DNA of 64,000 nt from Planctomycetota bacterium (lineage in GTDB: Bacteria > Planctomycetota > Planctomycetia > Pirellulales > UBA1268), in contig VGZO01000007.1 of NCBI GenBank assembly GCA_016872555.1, positions 38,897-102,896 on the forward strand. Reading direction: 5' to 3'. The position numbers were made by a program, and so were the translations under genes. Below, piece by piece: positions 20,234 to 28,040 of this stretch (position 1 is the stretch's first letter; each line of letters starts with the position of its first letter). The notes under the pieces were generated by a model. The model was given only the letters and a program-made list of their open reading frames with translations, had not been told where the DNA came from and ran no database searches.

Positions 20234-21040
20234 GTGATGAAATGGCGCAGCTCCGTCCTGATCACCGCGCTGGTGGTGGTCCCGCTGGTCGCGACCTTCT
20301 CCCACCTCGTGCCGAGCGCCGTCAGGCGCGCCGCATCGGCGCGGTTGTGGCAGCCGGTACGGGAGGGGATCCTCGCGCTCCTCGATGACGACACCGACGT
20401 GGGGAGCGGTGTGCCCACGCCCGTCGCTACCGAACCCACCATGGAAGCCGAGCGACACAGCGAGAGCCTCGCCGCGGTAGCGCCGGTGCCCTTGCCCCCC
20501 GCCCCTCTCGACACGCCGGTGGCGGCCAGCGTCACCGACCCGCGGGGCACCGCGACACCGGCGGCGGTGGCAGCGGTGTCGTTCACCTCGTCCCCCGCTC
20601 CGGAGTCCGCCGTCGCCCTCACCACCGAGGCCCCGGCTCCACGGCCACCGGCTTCGCCGCAGGTGGTCGCCGACGCGCTGGTGGCATCGACCCGCGGCTC
20701 ATGGGCACCGCATCGTTCGGATACCCGGCCACCGGTCGCTCCGGACCTCCCCACCGGGTTCCCGGCGACCCGGGCGGCGGCCGAGAGGCACCTCGCCGAG
20801 CTCGGTGCGGTCGGATTCGACTTCACACCCGCCGACGCCGCCTGCCCGCGGCATCGTTGTTCCTGCCGGCTCCCCGCCGATCCCAGCGGCCAGTTGCAGC
20901 GCGTCTTCCAGGCGGCCGACGAAAACCCGGAAGTGGCGCTGGGGCAACTCCTCACCGAGGTGAAGTCATGGCAGCGGCGATCGCTCGCCACGGCACCCCC
21001 AACCGCGCCGGCGGCGCGCGGCGGAACCGTCCGCCGCTGA
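20234..21040 (+). CDS. hypothetical membrane-anchored Pro/Ala-rich protein
   Basis: 268 aa. N-terminal TM SSVLITALVVVPLVATF, then a P/A/T-rich linker and a C-terminal globular-looking segment (ERHLAELGAVGFDFTPADAACPRHRCSCRLP...). High GC3. No family recognised. Confidence 0.55.
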   Translation: MMKWRSSVLITALVVVPLVATFSHLVPSAVRRAASARLWQPVREGILALLDDDTDVGSGVPTPVATEPTMEAERHSESLAAVAPVPLPPAPLDTPVAASVTDPRGTATPAAVAAVSFTSSPAPESAVALTTEAPAPRPPASPQVVADALVASTRGSWAPHRSDTRPPVAPDLPTGFPATRAAAERHLAELGAVGFDFTPADAACPRHRCSCRLPADPSGQLQRVFQAADENPEVALGQLLTEVKSWQRRSLATAPPTAPAARGGTVRR

Positions 21041-21300
21041 ACAACGGCCCGTCGTGCGGCAGGGCCACAGTGCCGTTGCACCGTTTCGGCGCCCTGCCCA
21101 CGGGACCCACCATGAGGCTGCGACCGCCCTGCGGACTCGACCGCCGGCGCCCGCCGATCGTCGCCCCTCAGCGGCCGCGACTGCAGCCGCCGCATCTCGT
21201 CGAGCCACGGCGCCGCTGGCTCACGGCAAGGCGTCGCTCCGCAGACGGTGAGGGCAGCACCTCACCGGCTCCGCACGCGGCGGGCAGCCCCGCTCTCGGC

Positions 21301-21813
21301 ATGCATCCGCGGACACCCGACGTCGCCCGCCTCGAGGCGGCGTTGTTCGTCGCCCGGGAGCCGCTGACGCTACGCCGCCTCGCCAAGCTCGCCGGCCTCC
21401 CCGACGCCTCCCGGGCCAGGGTCCTCCTTCGCGAACTGCAGCACCTCCACGACGCCGAGGGAGTGGCGTTCCGCGTCGAGCGGATCGGAGGAGGATTTCA
21501 GCTCCTCACCCGGTCGCCGCTCGGCCCGTGGGTCCGCCGCCTCCTCGCCACCCCCCCGGAAACGCGCGTGTCGACCGCCGCATTGGAGACCCTGGCGATC
21601 ATCGCCTACCGTCAGCCGGTGACGAGAGCCGAAATCGAGGCGATCCGCGGGGTGGGGAGCGAAGAGATGCTCCGGCAGTTGCTCGACAGGGACCTCGTGG
21701 CGGTCGGAGGGCGGACCGACGACCTCGGTCGCCCGCACGTGTACCTCACCACCCGCCGCTTCCTCCAGTGCTTCGGCCTGGGCACCCTCGACGAACTGCC
21801 TCCGGTCCCCTGA
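21301..21813 (+). CDS. scpB: segregation and condensation protein B
   Basis: C-terminal 170 aa of ORF 20701..21813, starting at ATG 21301. LEAALFVAREPLTLRRLAKL..., ALETLAIIAYRQPVTRAEIEAIRGV and GRPHVYLTTRRFLQCFGL are ScpB winged-helix signatures. Confidence 0.88.
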   Translation: MHPRTPDVARLEAALFVAREPLTLRRLAKLAGLPDASRARVLLRELQHLHDAEGVAFRVERIGGGFQLLTRSPLGPWVRRLLATPPETRVSTAALETLAIIAYRQPVTRAEIEAIRGVGSEEMLRQLLDRDLVAVGGRTDDLGRPHVYLTTRRFLQCFGLGTLDELPPVP

Positions 21814-22382
21814 GCCCGAGCGGCCTGGAAACGGCGGCCTCCGGAGAAGCTCGCGGGTCGTTCCGCCGGGACTCGGCGGCCGTGCCTCTTGCCGTCAATG
21901 GACAAAGCCCTTCCTGGCCTTTGTCCACTTTGGCGACCGCGGGAAACGCCGAGGGTTTGCCGGATCGACGTCGGCCGCATCCGGCGGCCGATCACTGTGG
22001 CCACGGTCCGCCAGGGCCGTTTGCCGGTCCACTGCGGCGGTCGCATCGGGGAAAACGGCGGTGGATTCCGCCCTGCGACCACCGGGCCCGCAGCGGCCGG
22101 AGGCTGCTCCCGTCCCCGCCGGCGGCGGGAAACGAACCGCTGCCCCGACCGCTTGCACTCGATCCCGGCGGGCGACAAACTCTTCCGACCTTCCCCAAGC
22201 TCGGGCCGCGCGCTGCAGACCGTCGAAGCGCGAACGGTTTTTGGACGGAAGGTGAATGATCGTGTAGAGAATTGGTCGACAGACTGACCGATCGTCGTCC
22301 ACCGCTGGTTTCGTCGAGAGATCGTTGCCCACCCCGCCCGCGGCGCGCCGACCGTTGGGGGGAACCGCCGGAGGTCAATGCC

Positions 22383-22829
22383 GTGACGAGTGTCGAGAGC
22401 CTTCGTAGTCAACGCGACGCCAGTGCGGACGTCTTCAGCTGGGAGGAGCTGCCCGAGCTCCTCGCCGCCGAGGAGCTCTGCGAATGTGCTGGCGAAACTG
22501 CGCTCGAGGCCCTGTGTGCGGCCGAGGCTCGATTCGGCGCCGTGCCCTCCGCCATCCCGTTGGCGGCCAAGGATGACGACGATTTCGAGGATGAAGAGGA
22601 AGAGGATCTCGACGACGAGGAAGATGACGACGACGAGGACGAGGAGGACGAGGATCTCGACGACGACGAGTGGGAAGAAGTCGAAGACGAGGAGGAAGAG
22701 GACGAGGAAGAGGACGACGAAGAGGGTGACGAAGAGGACGAGGAGTGGGACGACGACGAGGACGACGATTGGGACGACGACGAGGAAGATGAGGACGAAG
22801 AGGAGGAAGAGGACGATGACGACGACTGA
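22383..22829 (+). CDS. hypothetical protein with extreme poly-acidic (D/E, Trp-punctuated) C-terminal tail
   Basis: Start set at GTG 22383 (GGAGG 8 nt upstream). About 60-aa N-terminal region (MTSVESLRSQRDASADVFSWEELPELLAAEELCECAGETALEALCAAEARFG...), then about 90 residues that are almost only D/E, with W at DEWEE, EEWDDD and DDWDDD. Confidence 0.7.
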   Translation: MTSVESLRSQRDASADVFSWEELPELLAAEELCECAGETALEALCAAEARFGAVPSAIPLAAKDDDDFEDEEEEDLDDEEDDDDEDEEDEDLDDDEWEEVEDEEEEDEEEDDEEGDEEDEEWDDDEDDDWDDDEEDEDEEEEEDDDDD

Positions 22830-22902
22830 TCGTTGATCGCATCCGTGGAGACTGCGTTCTCCTCTTCGTTGGTCTCGTTCGTGCAGTCGGCCGAGCTGCC
22901 CG

Positions 22903-24192
22903 TCAGCGTTGGGCGGTGATCCGGAACAGTCGACCGTCGCGCTCGACAGCAAGGTCGATGGTTCGTCCCGCCCCGCGCAGCCCGTTCAGGGCCGCCTGAT
23001 GACCGGCAGCTGGAACGCCGGCGATCTCCATGAGCCGGTCGTCGGGGCGAATCCCCCCCCTCTCCATCGGTGAGCCGCGGTTCACCGCGACGACCACCGG
23101 CACCCTCGGCTCCGCCGGATCGACGCGTGTGGCGATGCCCCAGGGCGGAAACACGCCGCGTGGAGCGGGGGGAAGCGTTGCCGCCGGCGGAACCGGCAAC
23201 GCCGGGCCACGCCGCGACGATTCGGTCCGGCATTGCCCGCGGAACTCGGGGGGACCGGCCGGCCCGTCGGCAACGTCGAGCACCATCTGCAGGGCGAGGC
23301 GGCTGACGCGTGCCAGCCCTTCGGCATCGACCAGGGGCGTATCGTCGTCGGGGCGGTGATACTGCTCATGCAGTCCGGTGTGGAGGAACAGCGACGGGAT
23401 CCCGGCGACGATGAACGGGTAGTGATCGGAATCGTCGACGAGGCCCCAGTCGAAGACCAACCGGAGACCGGTCGCGGTGTTGGCACGGACGAGGCGCTCG
23501 CGGAAGCCGGTTCCGCTACGGCTTCCGTACACCTCGACGCGGCCGTCGCGCAGCCTGCCGATCATGTCGAGGTTCAGCGAGAACACGGGACGCAACCCCG
23601 CCAACCGTGCCGGGCGGACGCGGAGGAAATGCGTCGACCCCAGCAACCCCTTCTCCTCGCCGTCCCACCAGGCGATGACGACCGAACGGCGCGGGCGACG
23701 TGGCGCTTCGGCGAGGGCCGCCGCGATCATGATCAGCCCGGCGGCCCCGGAGGCGTTGTCGTCGGCACCGTTGTGGATCGCCCCCACGCCGCCGTTGCTC
23801 GTCACCGCGCTGCCGTAGCCGACATGGTCGTAGTGGCCGCCGACGACGACCAGTTCGTCGGCCACGGCCGGATCGTCGCCGGGAAGAAGCGCGAGGACGT
23901 TGCGCATCGCACCGAAGCGCTGGAAGTGGGTGCCGGCATCCCCCGCCGGGACGAGACCGAGGGGGGTGATCGCATCGACGATATAGGCACCGGCCGCCTG
24001 CCCCCCCCGGGTTCCCGCTTCCCGCCCCTCGAAGGCATCGTCGGCCAGGGCGGTCACGTGCCGGGCGACATCGGGGCCGCGGATCGGAGCCGCCCCGGGT
24101 CCCTCGTCGGCACGGGTCGTTCCGACGAAAACGAGCATGCTCGCGGCGACAGCCGCTCGGCAGGCGACGAGGGCTGACCAGCGCGGCGTCAT
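22903..24192 (-). CDS. M28-family aminopeptidase with C-terminal PDZ domain
   Basis: Start set at ATG 24192 (MTPRWSALVACRAAVAASMLVFVG, signal). M28 motifs GGHYDHVGYG, NGADDNASGAAGLIMIA and WWDGEEKGLLGSTHF. C-terminal PDZ-like VVVAVNRGSPMERGGIRPDDRLMEIAG. Confidence 0.88.
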   Translation of the reverse strand: MTPRWSALVACRAAVAASMLVFVGTTRADEGPGAAPIRGPDVARHVTALADDAFEGREAGTRGGQAAGAYIVDAITPLGLVPAGDAGTHFQRFGAMRNVLALLPGDDPAVADELVVVGGHYDHVGYGSAVTSNGGVGAIHNGADDNASGAAGLIMIAAALAEAPRRPRRSVVIAWWDGEEKGLLGSTHFLRVRPARLAGLRPVFSLNLDMIGRLRDGRVEVYGSRSGTGFRERLVRANTATGLRLVFDWGLVDDSDHYPFIVAGIPSLFLHTGLHEQYHRPDDDTPLVDAEGLARVSRLALQMVLDVADGPAGPPEFRGQCRTESSRRGPALPVPPAATLPPAPRGVFPPWGIATRVDPAEPRVPVVVAVNRGSPMERGGIRPDDRLMEIAGVPAAGHQAALNGLRGAGRTIDLAVERDGRLFRITAQR

Positions 24193-24295
24193 GAAATGCC
24201 TCGGTGGATTTCCACCGTGCGCAGGGATGATGCGTCGTCCTTGCGGCACGGCCCCGGGCGGACCAGAATACGCGAGCGGTCTCCGGACCGCTGCC

Positions 24296-24385
24296 GGAGA
24301 GGTGGCAGAGCGGTCGAATGCGCGTCTTTGCTAAAGACGTGTCCGGTCAAAAGCTGGACCGCGGGTTCGAATCCCGCCCTCTCCG
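24296..24385 (+). tRNA. tRNA-Ser (anticodon GCU)
   Basis: Hand-folded. Acceptor GGAGAGG/CCTCTCC, 3-bp D stem, anticodon stem CGTCT/AGACG with loop TTGCTAA, long variable arm, T arm GCGGG-TTCGAAT-CCCGC, discriminator G. No encoded CCA. Confidence 0.93.
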
Positions 24386-25678
24386 TTGGTGACCGTGCGC
24401 ACCCGCACGCAACCGTCGCCGATCTACGTGGTCGGCGACAATGGCGCCAGCGCCGAAGGGGGAATATCGGGCGCGTTCAACGAGACCAGTTACTTCAACG
24501 GCGTGGAGGAGTCGGTCGAGTTCATGCTCGGGAAGATCGACCAGTGGGGCGGCCCGGAGTGCTTCAACCACTTCGCCGCCGGATGGGCGGTCGCGGGCAA
24601 CACGCCGTTCACCTGGACCAAGCAGGTCGCGAGCAACTTCGGCGGCACCCGCAACGGGATGGTCGTGCACTGGCCGAAGGGCTTCAAGGCCCGGGGGGAG
24701 GTTCGCAGCCAATTCCACCACATCATCGACATCGCGCCGACCGTCTATGAGGCGGCGGGTGTGCCGGCGCCCAAGGAAGTCAACGGTGTCGGGCAGCGGC
24801 CGATCGAGGGCGTCAGCATGGCCTATTCGTTCGACGCCCCGCGGGCCGCGGATCGCCGCACGACACAGTATTTCGAGATGGGCGGCAATCGGGCCGTGTA
24901 CCACGACGGCTGGCTGGCCGGCACCGTTCACAAGGCGCCGTGGGAGGCCGCTCCCCGCCGCCCGCTCGCCGAGGACGAGTGGGAGCTGTACCACGTCGCC
25001 GACGACTTCAGCATGAGCCGGAACCGCGCCGCCGAGAACCCGGCCAAGCTCGCGGAGCTCCAGGCGCTGTTCACGCGGGAAGCCATCGACCATCACGTGC
25101 TGCCCATCGACGACCGAACGATCGAACGGTTCGACCCGCGGATCGCCGGGCGCCCCGACCTGATGGGCGGCAGGCCCAGCCTCACCGTTTATCCGGGCAT
25201 GGTCTCGATGGCGGAAAACGCGTTTCTCAACGTCAAGAACGCGTCGGTCGATCTCACGGCGGAGGTCGACGTGCAGGGCAACAGCGACGGGGTCCTCCTC
25301 GCCCAGGGCGGCCGCTTCGGCGGCTGGGCATTCTGGGTCAAGGATGGCCGGCCGATGTACTCCTACAACTACCTCGGCCTGGAGGTGTTCCGGGTGGCGG
25401 GCACCGAGGCGATGGCCGCCGGCCGGCACCAGCTCGGAGTGAAGTTCGACTACGAGGGCGGCCAGAAGCGCGGGGCCGGGGGCACGGCGGCGGTCTTCAT
25501 CGACGGCAAGAAGGTCGGCGAAGGCCGGATCGGGAAGACGCACGCCAACGTCTTCTCGCTCGACGACACCGCCGACACGGGCATGGACACCGGCACTCCC
25601 GTCGACGTGGCCTACGGCGAGGGCAGCCGGAACGCCTTTTCCGGGAAGCTCGAGAAGGTCACCGTGCAGGTGCGGTAA
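24386..25678 (+). pseudogene. arylsulfatase, C-terminal fragment only (5'-truncated)
   Basis: The reading frame opens on the base after the tRNA 3' end (TTG) and begins mid-domain at IYVVGDNGASAEGG. It continues through GWAVAGNTPFTWTKQ, GGTRNGMVVHWP, HIIDIAPTVYEAAG and the long C-terminal beta-domain. The N-terminal catalytic core with the C/S-x-P-x-R motif is absent. Confidence 0.75.
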
Positions 25679-25728
25679 CCCGCGGATCGCCCGTGAGAGG
25701 CGAGGGTGGCCTCGCCCCGTGCCGTCGT

Positions 25729-26316
25729 TCAGCCATCGGGCGTGTCGAGCAGATCCTGGAGGCGGGCGGCCAGCTCGGTCGGATAGCGGGCCGGCCACGT
25801 GGTGTCCACCAGGCCGACGCTGATCATGTCGAGAACGTGAACCTGGTCCTTCCGGCGATACGACGTCAGTTTCATCCGCACGACCGCCTCCAGCGCGAGC
25901 ACGCGGTACGACCGGAACGACACCGACTCGGCCACGTCCGGCACAGCGGCGACGTACTCCGGCCGGACCTTCTCCCCCGCGAAGATCGCGCGCACGGCGT
26001 CGCGGGCTTTCGCATCGGGCCCGTCGAGGAACATCTCGATCCCGGCGGAACGCCGATGGACGAACCCTGCCTTCTCCAGCGCCGCGCGGGCCCGGTCGAG
26101 ATCCTCGCGCCGGAGCACGATGTCGACATCCTGCGTGAACCGCACGGCCGACTCGTCGACCTGCTCCACCCAGGCCATCACGGCGTTGCCGCCGATCACC
26201 GCGTAGGGCACCGCCGCGGCCTCGAGCGCCGCCGTGGACCGCAGCAGCCTGTCCCGGACCTTCTCCACGGCCCGCTCCATCCGCTCGAGCGCCAACAGCC
26301 CGTCGTAGTCGCTCAT
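25729..26316 (-). CDS. nucleotidyltransferase-fold protein (pol-beta superfamily, AbiEii/MNT-like), orphan
   Basis: Start set at ATG 26316 (MSDYDG...). The minimal NTase pattern is IGGNAVMAW...x...DVDIVL (G-G/S ... D-x-D). No partner gene was recognised. Confidence 0.65.
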   Translation of the reverse strand: MSDYDGLLALERMERAVEKVRDRLLRSTAALEAAAVPYAVIGGNAVMAWVEQVDESAVRFTQDVDIVLRREDLDRARAALEKAGFVHRRSAGIEMFLDGPDAKARDAVRAIFAGEKVRPEYVAAVPDVAESVSFRSYRVLALEAVVRMKLTSYRRKDQVHVLDMISVGLVDTTWPARYPTELAARLQDLLDTPDG

Positions 26317-26461
26317 CAAGCAGCCCCGCGCGATGAATGTCGGATCATACCACTTGGGCCGCGGGCCCCGCGGCGGTCGAGCGAGACGGGCAAGACGCGG
26401 GGCGGCAGGCATACGCCGACGTGTACGAAACCCGGGCGGCGGGGGAAAGCGGCTCCCACGG

Positions 26462-27946
26462 TCAGGCCAAGACCGGCGTGATCACGTGGCCGTGGACGTC
26501 AGTGAGCCGGCGCTCGATGCCGTTGTGGTAGTAGGTCAGGCGCGTGTGGTCGATGCCGATCAGGTGCAGGATCGTGGCGTGGAGGTCGGGGATCGTCGCC
26601 ACGTCGGTCACCGCCTTGTAGCCGAACTCGTCGGTCGCCCCGTGATGGTGGGCGCGGCGCACCCCGGCACCGGCCAGCCACACCGTGAACCCGGCCGGGT
26701 TGTGATCGCGGCCACTTGCCCCCTTCTGGAACGTCGGCATCCGTCCGAACTCGGTGACGAACACGACCAGCGTCTCGGCGAGCAAGCCACGCTGCTTGAG
26801 GTCCGAAAGCAGCCCGGCGAGTGGCTGGTCGAGGATCGGACCGTGGACGGCATATTGCTTGGCGAGCGTCTTGTGACCGTCCCAGTTGCCGACCCCCTCC
26901 CCCATCGCGTAGGCCCCGTTGAACAACTGCACGAAACGCACTCCCTGCTCGATCAGCCGGCGGGCGAGGATGCAGTTGCGGGCGAACCGGGCTTTGAGCG
27001 GATTGGCGGCGTCGCGGGCGCCGTACGAGTCGAGCGTCGCCACCGTCTCGCCCGACAGGTCGGCGATCCGCGGCGCGGACAACTGCATCTTCGCCGCCAA
27101 TTCGTAGGCGGCGATCCGGGCGGCGAGCTCGCCGTCGCCGGGATGGCGCCGCAGCTCGTCGTCGTTGAGCCGGGCGATGAGCTCGCGGCTCGCCCGGTCG
27201 GCCCCGGGTGAGATTCCCGCCGGCCGGGCGAGGTTGGGGATCGACCGGTCGGCGTTGAACGCGGTTCCCTGGAACACCGCCGGCAAGAACGCCGACTGCC
27301 ACTGGCGCGGCCCGACCTGCGGCCCGCCGCGCGGGTCTGGGATCGCCACGAACGCCGGCAGGTCGCTGCACTCGCTTCCCAGGGCGTAGCTCACCCAGGC
27401 GCCGGCGCTGGGAAAGCCGTCGAGCGTGAATCCGGTCGCCATCTGGTTCTCGGCCGGGCCGTGGGTGTTGCTCCGCGCGGTCATCGAATGGATGAAACAC
27501 ATCTCGTCGGCCAGCGCCCCCAGGCAGGGCAGCAGGTCGCTGGTCATCGTGCCGCTCTCGCCACGGGGACGGAATTCCCACAGCGGCTTGACCAGATTTC
27601 CCTGCTCCCCCTGGAACGTGACGAGCTTCTCGCCGCCGGGGGTCGGCAACGGCATGTCGTGGCACCTGACCAACTCCGGCTTGTGATCGAAGGTGTCGAC
27701 GTGCGACAGGGCCCCCGAGCAGAACACCAGCAGGACGCTGTTCGCCTTGGGGGGAAAGTGCGGTGGCCGTGGGGCGAACGGTGCCGCCGGATCGATCACC
27801 GGCCGGATCGGCGGCGCGGCGGTGAGCACGCGCTCACGGGCGAGCAGCGCCGCGAGGGCCACTCCGCCCAGCCCCGTCCCGCCCCACTGGAGGAAGCTAC
27901 GGCGATCGAGGAGATGGCGGCCGGCGGGGGACAGGGCGTGGCGCAT
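26462..27946 (-). CDS. DUF1501 domain protein (sulfatase-fold, Tat-signal)
   Basis: 494 aa. Twin-arginine leader [25 protein letters not shown]. Typical partner located directly downstream of a DUF1553 protein in Planctomycetes. Confidence 0.88.
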   Translation of the reverse strand: MRHALSPAGRHLLDRRSFLQWGGTGLGGVALAALLARERVLTAAPPIRPVIDPAAPFAPRPPHFPPKANSVLLVFCSGALSHVDTFDHKPELVRCHDMPLPTPGGEKLVTFQGEQGNLVKPLWEFRPRGESGTMTSDLLPCLGALADEMCFIHSMTARSNTHGPAENQMATGFTLDGFPSAGAWVSYALGSECSDLPAFVAIPDPRGGPQVGPRQWQSAFLPAVFQGTAFNADRSIPNLARPAGISPGADRASRELIARLNDDELRRHPGDGELAARIAAYELAAKMQLSAPRIADLSGETVATLDSYGARDAANPLKARFARNCILARRLIEQGVRFVQLFNGAYAMGEGVGNWDGHKTLAKQYAVHGPILDQPLAGLLSDLKQRGLLAETLVVFVTEFGRMPTFQKGASGRDHNPAGFTVWLAGAGVRRAHHHGATDEFGYKAVTDVATIPDLHATILHLIGIDHTRLTYYHNGIERRLTDVHGHVITPVLA

Positions 27947-28040
27947 GGCGGGAGAGGGCGGCTAAAGCGACTGCCGTGCCGGGATGAGTTACTGCGAGCC
28001 GAGCGTGGAGCGCGGCCCTCTGGATCAGTCGCTGATTCTG

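Noticed and set aside
22409-23233. 274-aa minus-strand ORF with long poly-Ser run
   Set aside because: It is antisense to the poly-D/E coding tract (GAn read backwards gives Ser codons), and it overlaps the well-supported M28 peptidase gene in another frame.
25697-25716. Short hairpin GAGGCGAGG-GTGG-CCTCGCC between the sulfatase fragment and the NTase gene, as a possible bidirectional terminator
   Set aside because: The stem is only 7 bp and neither side has a U-tract. The evidence is too weak to annotate.
24200-26460. Integrase, transposase or an att repeat that would make the tRNA-Ser locus a genomic island
   Set aside because: No recombinase-like ORF was seen in any frame nearby, and I could not find a second copy of the tRNA 3' end by eye. 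Only the truncation scar is reported.
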